A stretch of 64,000 bases of DNA from an uncultured archaeon (GTDB lineage: Archaea > Thermoproteota > Bathyarchaeia > Bathyarchaeales > Bathycorpusculaceae): the NCBI GenBank assembly GCA_963782915.1, contig CAWALK010000012.1:128001-192000 (forward strand), read 5' to 3'. Each line of letters begins with the position of its first letter. Position 1 is the first letter of the stretch. Made by a program: the position numbers and the translations under genes. A model generated the notes under the pieces. It saw only the letters and a program-made list of their open reading frames with translations. It did not search any database and was not told the DNA's origin. Shown piece by piece: positions 60,128-64,000 of this stretch.

Positions 60128-60856
60128 ATGTCCGTATTTGCAGCACCAGGAGCATATGACCGTGCAATAACAGTTTTCTCACCTGATGGACGACTCTTCC
60201 AAGTAGAATACGCTATGGAACTCGTCAATCGAGGCGCCACAATCGTCGGCATTCAAACCTCAGAAGGTTTAGTACTGGGGTCAGAGGAAAACATAGAAGT
60301 CCTCGAAGAAGCAGGCTACTCATGGAAAATCTTCCGAGTAGACGATCACATCGGAGCAGCCATCGTTGGCTTAAGCTCAGACGCAAGAATCCTAATAGAT
60401 CAAGCACGAATCTATGCTCAAAGTAACAAATTAACATACGATGAACCCATCGACCTAGAAGTCGTAACAAAAAGAATATGCGACATCCAACAAATGTACA
60501 CCCAACACGCAGGTGTACGACCGTTCGGTGTCTCCATAATCTTCGGAGGAGTCGACAAAACAGGTCCACGAGTCTTCGGAACACACCCAAGCGGAACATA
60601 CAGAGGCTACAAAGCCACCGCATTAGGTGCAGGCAGAGAAACAGTCCTTGCTATTCTAAAAGAAGAATACAAAGAAGACCTCTCACTTGACAGCACCATA
60701 AAATTAACCGTCAAATGCCTGATAAAAGCTCTTGAAGCACGCCAACTACCACCCAGAATCAAAATCGCCATTATCCCAGCAGCAACCAAAAAAATGGAAA
60801 TGCTAAACGACAACACCGTCGAAGGATACATCAAAGAGCTGGGTACAAGCAAGTGA
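60128..60856 (+). CDS. psmA: Proteasome alpha subunit
   Basis: YDRAITVFSPDGRLFQVEYA, RPFGVS. Confidence 0.97.
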   Translation: MSVFAAPGAYDRAITVFSPDGRLFQVEYAMELVNRGATIVGIQTSEGLVLGSEENIEVLEEAGYSWKIFRVDDHIGAAIVGLSSDARILIDQARIYAQSNKLTYDEPIDLEVVTKRICDIQQMYTQHAGVRPFGVSIIFGGVDKTGPRVFGTHPSGTYRGYKATALGAGRETVLAILKEEYKEDLSLDSTIKLTVKCLIKALEARQLPPRIKIAIIPAATKKMEMLNDNTVEGYIKELGTSK

Positions 60857-60863
60857 CATCGCA

Positions 60864-61550
60864 ATGAGCGAAAAGTTCACAGTAGCACGCTTAACCAGAG
60901 AAAACGAACACTTTGAAATCCTAGTTAAACCCAACAAAGCACTCGACTACCGAAACGGCAAAACCTCCTCAATAACCGAGGTTTTAGCCGCCGAAATGAT
61001 TTTTGCAGACGCAAACAAAGGCACCAAAGTATCCGAAGAAGCAATGAAAAAAGCCTTCAAAACCACAGATCCACTCAAAATCGCAGATGAAATCCTCCAC
61101 AAAGGAACCCTGCAATTAACAACCGACCAAAGAAGAAGAATGGTCGAAGACAAAAAACGCCAAGTAATCGACTTCATAGCACGACAGGCAGTTGACCCAA
61201 AAACTAACCTGCCGCATCCACCCATGCGCATCGAAAACGCGATGGAACAAATCCGCTACCCCATAGATCCCTACAAATCAGTTGATGAACAAGCAAAAGA
61301 CATAGTCAAATTATTAAGACCAATTTTACCACTTAAAGTTGAGCAGGTAAAGGTTGCAATTAAAATCCCCACTCAATACGCCGCCAGAGCTTACGGCACC
61401 ATCAAAACTTTGGGCACCATCAAACGTGAAGAATGGCGCGGTGACGGCTCATACTATGGCGAACTGGAATTACCCGCAGGCATGTACGCTTCATTGCTAA
61501 CCAAACTGGGCGACGCAACCAAGGGAAGTGGAGAAGCAAAAATAATCTAA
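60864..61550 (+). CDS. sdo1: Ribosome maturation protein SBDS/Sdo1
   Basis: FEILV, QLTTDQRR, PHPP.RIENAM. Confidence 0.95.
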   Translation: MSEKFTVARLTRENEHFEILVKPNKALDYRNGKTSSITEVLAAEMIFADANKGTKVSEEAMKKAFKTTDPLKIADEILHKGTLQLTTDQRRRMVEDKKRQVIDFIARQAVDPKTNLPHPPMRIENAMEQIRYPIDPYKSVDEQAKDIVKLLRPILPLKVEQVKVAIKIPTQYAARAYGTIKTLGTIKREEWRGDGSYYGELELPAGMYASLLTKLGDATKGSGEAKII

Positions 61551-61580
61551 GTAATATGAAAACCACATACAGGTGATTTT

Positions 61581-62303
61581 ATGCCAACATTCTTTGAAAA
61601 AAAACAGCTCGTAACGCCCGGAGAATTACTCGCAGAAGGCGACTATCTACCCGGCGAAAACACATTTGTTGAAAACAGCAAGATTTACGCCTCAAGGATC
61701 GGACTCGTAGACGCAGACAACAAAAAAGTCAACGTCGTAGCACTCAGAGCATTTTATGTGCCAAAAATGGGTGACATCGTAATAGGTACAGTCATCGAAG
61801 TAGGCTTCAACGGCTGGACCGTCGACATTAAAGCACCCTACACAGCAATGCTTCGTGCCTCAGATGTACTTAGCAGACCCTTCAAACCACAAAACGACGA
61901 GTTATCTGCAGTCCTAAACGCAGGCGACTTAATCGTTGCCAAAATCGCTTCCTACGACCGCGCACACGACCCCCAATTAACAGTCGGCGAACCCGGCTTG
62001 GGCAAAATTACACGCGGCCAAATCCTAAGAGTGACACCTACAAAGATTCCACGCATCATCGGACGCAAAGGCTCCATGATCTCCATGATTAAACAAGAAA
62101 CCAACTGCCAAATCATCTTAGGCTTAAACGGTGTCATCCTAGTCACTGGCAAAACTCCGGAAGAAGAGGAAGTTGCCATTGGAGCAATCCGAAAGATTGA
62201 GGAAGAATCACACACAAGCGGCTTAACTGACCGTATTACCCAGTTATTGAAAGAAAAGAAACCAACAACAACTACACCACAAGTGGAGGAAACACAACAA
62301 TGA
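61581..62303 (+). CDS. rrp4: Exosome subunit Rrp4
   Basis: [27 protein letters not shown] (S1+KH). Confidence 0.95.
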   Translation: MPTFFEKKQLVTPGELLAEGDYLPGENTFVENSKIYASRIGLVDADNKKVNVVALRAFYVPKMGDIVIGTVIEVGFNGWTVDIKAPYTAMLRASDVLSRPFKPQNDELSAVLNAGDLIVAKIASYDRAHDPQLTVGEPGLGKITRGQILRVTPTKIPRIIGRKGSMISMIKQETNCQIILGLNGVILVTGKTPEEEEVAIGAIRKIEEESHTSGLTDRITQLLKEKKPTTTTPQVEETQQ

Positions 62304-63034
62304 ACGATAAATCAGAAAAACTAATTGACAAGAAAGGCATCCGCGGCGACGGAAGAAAAGCGGATGAACTTCGCCCCGTAAGACTTGAAGTAGGCGTACT
62401 TTCGCAAGCTGACGGCTCAGCCTATATCGAACACGGCAAGAACAAAATTTTAGCCGCAGCATTCGGTCCAAGAGAAATGCATCCAAAACACCTTGCACAA
62501 CCAGACAGAATGGTTCTACGCGCAAGATACCACATGGCACCCTTCTCTGTACCGGAAAGAAAATCTCCTGCACCATCCAGAAGAGAAGTTGAATTAAGCA
62601 AAGTCATAAAAGAAGCATTAGAACCAGCGCTGTTCCTTGAACTCTACCCAAGAACCGGTGTAGACGTCTTCGTCGAAGTATTGCAAGCTGACGGAGGAAC
62701 AAGATGTGCAGCTATCACCGCCGCAGCCCTCGCAATTGCCGATGCAGGTGTTCCAATGCGCGACTTAGTCGTTGCATGCGCCGCAGGCAAAGTAGAAGAC
62801 ACAGTAGTCTTAGACCTCTATGATGCAGAAGACAAATTGGGCTCAGCAGACGTTCCAGTTGCTTACATGCCAAACTTAAACGCTGTCACACTGCTACAGA
62901 TGGACGGCATCTTGGCACCACCAGAATTCGAGAAAGCAGTCAGCATGGCTATGGAAGGATGCAAGAAAATCTATGCAATGCAGAAGGAAGCATTGAAAAC
63001 AAAATACATGGTTGTTAAAGAGGCTGAAGAATAA
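62300..63034 (+). CDS. rrp41: Exosome subunit Rrp41
   Basis: DGR..DELR, ADGSA, YHMAPFS..ER, QADGGTR. Confidence 0.96.
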   Translation: MNDKSEKLIDKKGIRGDGRKADELRPVRLEVGVLSQADGSAYIEHGKNKILAAAFGPREMHPKHLAQPDRMVLRARYHMAPFSVPERKSPAPSRREVELSKVIKEALEPALFLELYPRTGVDVFVEVLQADGGTRCAAITAAALAIADAGVPMRDLVVACAAGKVEDTVVLDLYDAEDKLGSADVPVAYMPNLNAVTLLQMDGILAPPEFEKAVSMAMEGCKKIYAMQKEALKTKYMVVKEAEE

Positions 63035-63825
63035 TGTCATCACTAATAACTAAAGTAAAAATAAAGCAAATTGAGCAGCTTCTAGAAAAAGGCTCACGCC
63101 TTGACGAAAGAGGCTTACTTGATACCCGCGAAATCAAAATCGAACAAGGCGTCATCGAAAAAGCAGAAGGCTCAGCCCGTGTTTTCCTCGGTAAAACCCA
63201 AGTTCTTGTCGGCGTCAAAGTCGAAACCGGAGAACCATTCCCAGACACACCAAACGACGGCGTCATGACTGTTAACGCAGAACTCGTACCACTCGCACAT
63301 CCAAGCTTTGAACCGGGACCACCAGACGAAAACAGCATCGAATTAGCCCGTGTTGTTGACAGAGGCATCAGGGAATCACATGCCATCGACACAGAAAAAC
63401 TCTGTATCGAAGCAGGCAAAAAAGTCTTCGTTGTCTTCGTCGACGTATACATCCTTAACCACGATGGAAACCTAATTGATGCAGCCGCACTCGCAGCCAT
63501 GGCAGCACTCATGAACACAAAAATGCCAAACTACGAAATAAAAGACGGCGAACTAAAAATCAAGCAAGGCTACACACCACTGCCAATGAAGAGCCACCCA
63601 ATAACAGTCACCGTAGGCAAAATCAACAACAAACTAATCGTTGACCCTTGGATTGAAGAAGAAACCGTTATGGATGCACGCATAACCTTCGCATCAAACG
63701 AGGAAGGTAACATCTGTGCCATTCAGAAGGGTATGTCTGGCTATTTCACACCGCAACAGATTTTAGATGCCTCAAAGATTGCTCTGGACAAAGCAGCAGA
63801 ACTGCGCAAGAAACTCAATTGGTGA
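63034..63825 (+). CDS. rrp42: Exosome subunit Rrp42
   Basis: KAEGSA, FEPGPP, ELARVVDRGIRES, DGNLIDA. Confidence 0.96.
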   Translation: MSSLITKVKIKQIEQLLEKGSRLDERGLLDTREIKIEQGVIEKAEGSARVFLGKTQVLVGVKVETGEPFPDTPNDGVMTVNAELVPLAHPSFEPGPPDENSIELARVVDRGIRESHAIDTEKLCIEAGKKVFVVFVDVYILNHDGNLIDAAALAAMAALMNTKMPNYEIKDGELKIKQGYTPLPMKSHPITVTVGKINNKLIVDPWIEEETVMDARITFASNEEGNICAIQKGMSGYFTPQQILDASKIALDKAAELRKKLNW

Positions 63826-63832
63826 AAATAAG

Positions 63833-64000
63833 TTGCCTAAGATGAAGAAAGTCGGTCCAACTCGAGGTTTAGGTGTACGTTACGGTTCCACAGTTAGGAA
63901 ACGCTATATCAAAGTAATGACTGAGCTCAAAAAGCCACACAGATGTTCACAATGCGGTTTTTCACGTGTTAGACGTGTAAGCGTCGGCATTTGGAGCTGT
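63833..64000 (+). CDS. rpl37ae: 50S ribosomal protein L37ae (truncated by the window edge)
   Basis: KKVGPTRGLGVRYGSTVRKR...CSQCG...RVSVGIWSC. Confidence 0.93.
   Translation, partial: MPKMKKVGPTRGLGVRYGSTVRKRYIKVMTELKKPHRCSQCGFSRVRRVSVGIWSC

Noticed and set aside
141-63518. Numerous antisense and alternate-frame ORFs in the track (e.g. 1775..2200, 8871..9425, 24596..25135, 46250..46807, 63015..63518) and ORFs over repeats (16308, 37622, 59786)
   Set aside because: They shadow well-supported genes or non-coding repeats and carry no recognisable motifs.

Overview
Archaeal chromosomal segment. Gene content (PolB1, AglB, CarS, thermosome, exosome operon, OSTC-like and PAC4-like proteins) suggests a TACK archaeon, probably Bathyarchaeia; this is inference. 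From left to right it holds: an ether-lipid locus (epimerase, UbiA/DGGGP synthase, Tes-type radical SAM) divergent from an unlisted second CobS paralog; glycosyltransferases; cobamide nucleotide-loop genes (cobZ, cobT, cobS, cobY) with a Dph6-like ATPase; an ECF transporter core; an HTH regulator/membrane-partner pair; vapBC; surface proteins; a bacteria-like stress island (GT4 fusion, two GH130, Csp-like, hemerythrin); and housekeeping genes ending in psmA-sdo1-rrp4-rrp41-rrp42-rpl37ae. At least ten intergenic segments belong to one degenerate, modular dispersed repeat family (hairpin module plus a CCCCTCCCTTATTTATAG module), with no transposase in the window. About 15 genes, some essential, are broken by single-base frameshifts that look like sequencing errors. 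I found no tRNA, rRNA, CRISPR array or transposase. Family assignments come from motif recognition, not database searches.
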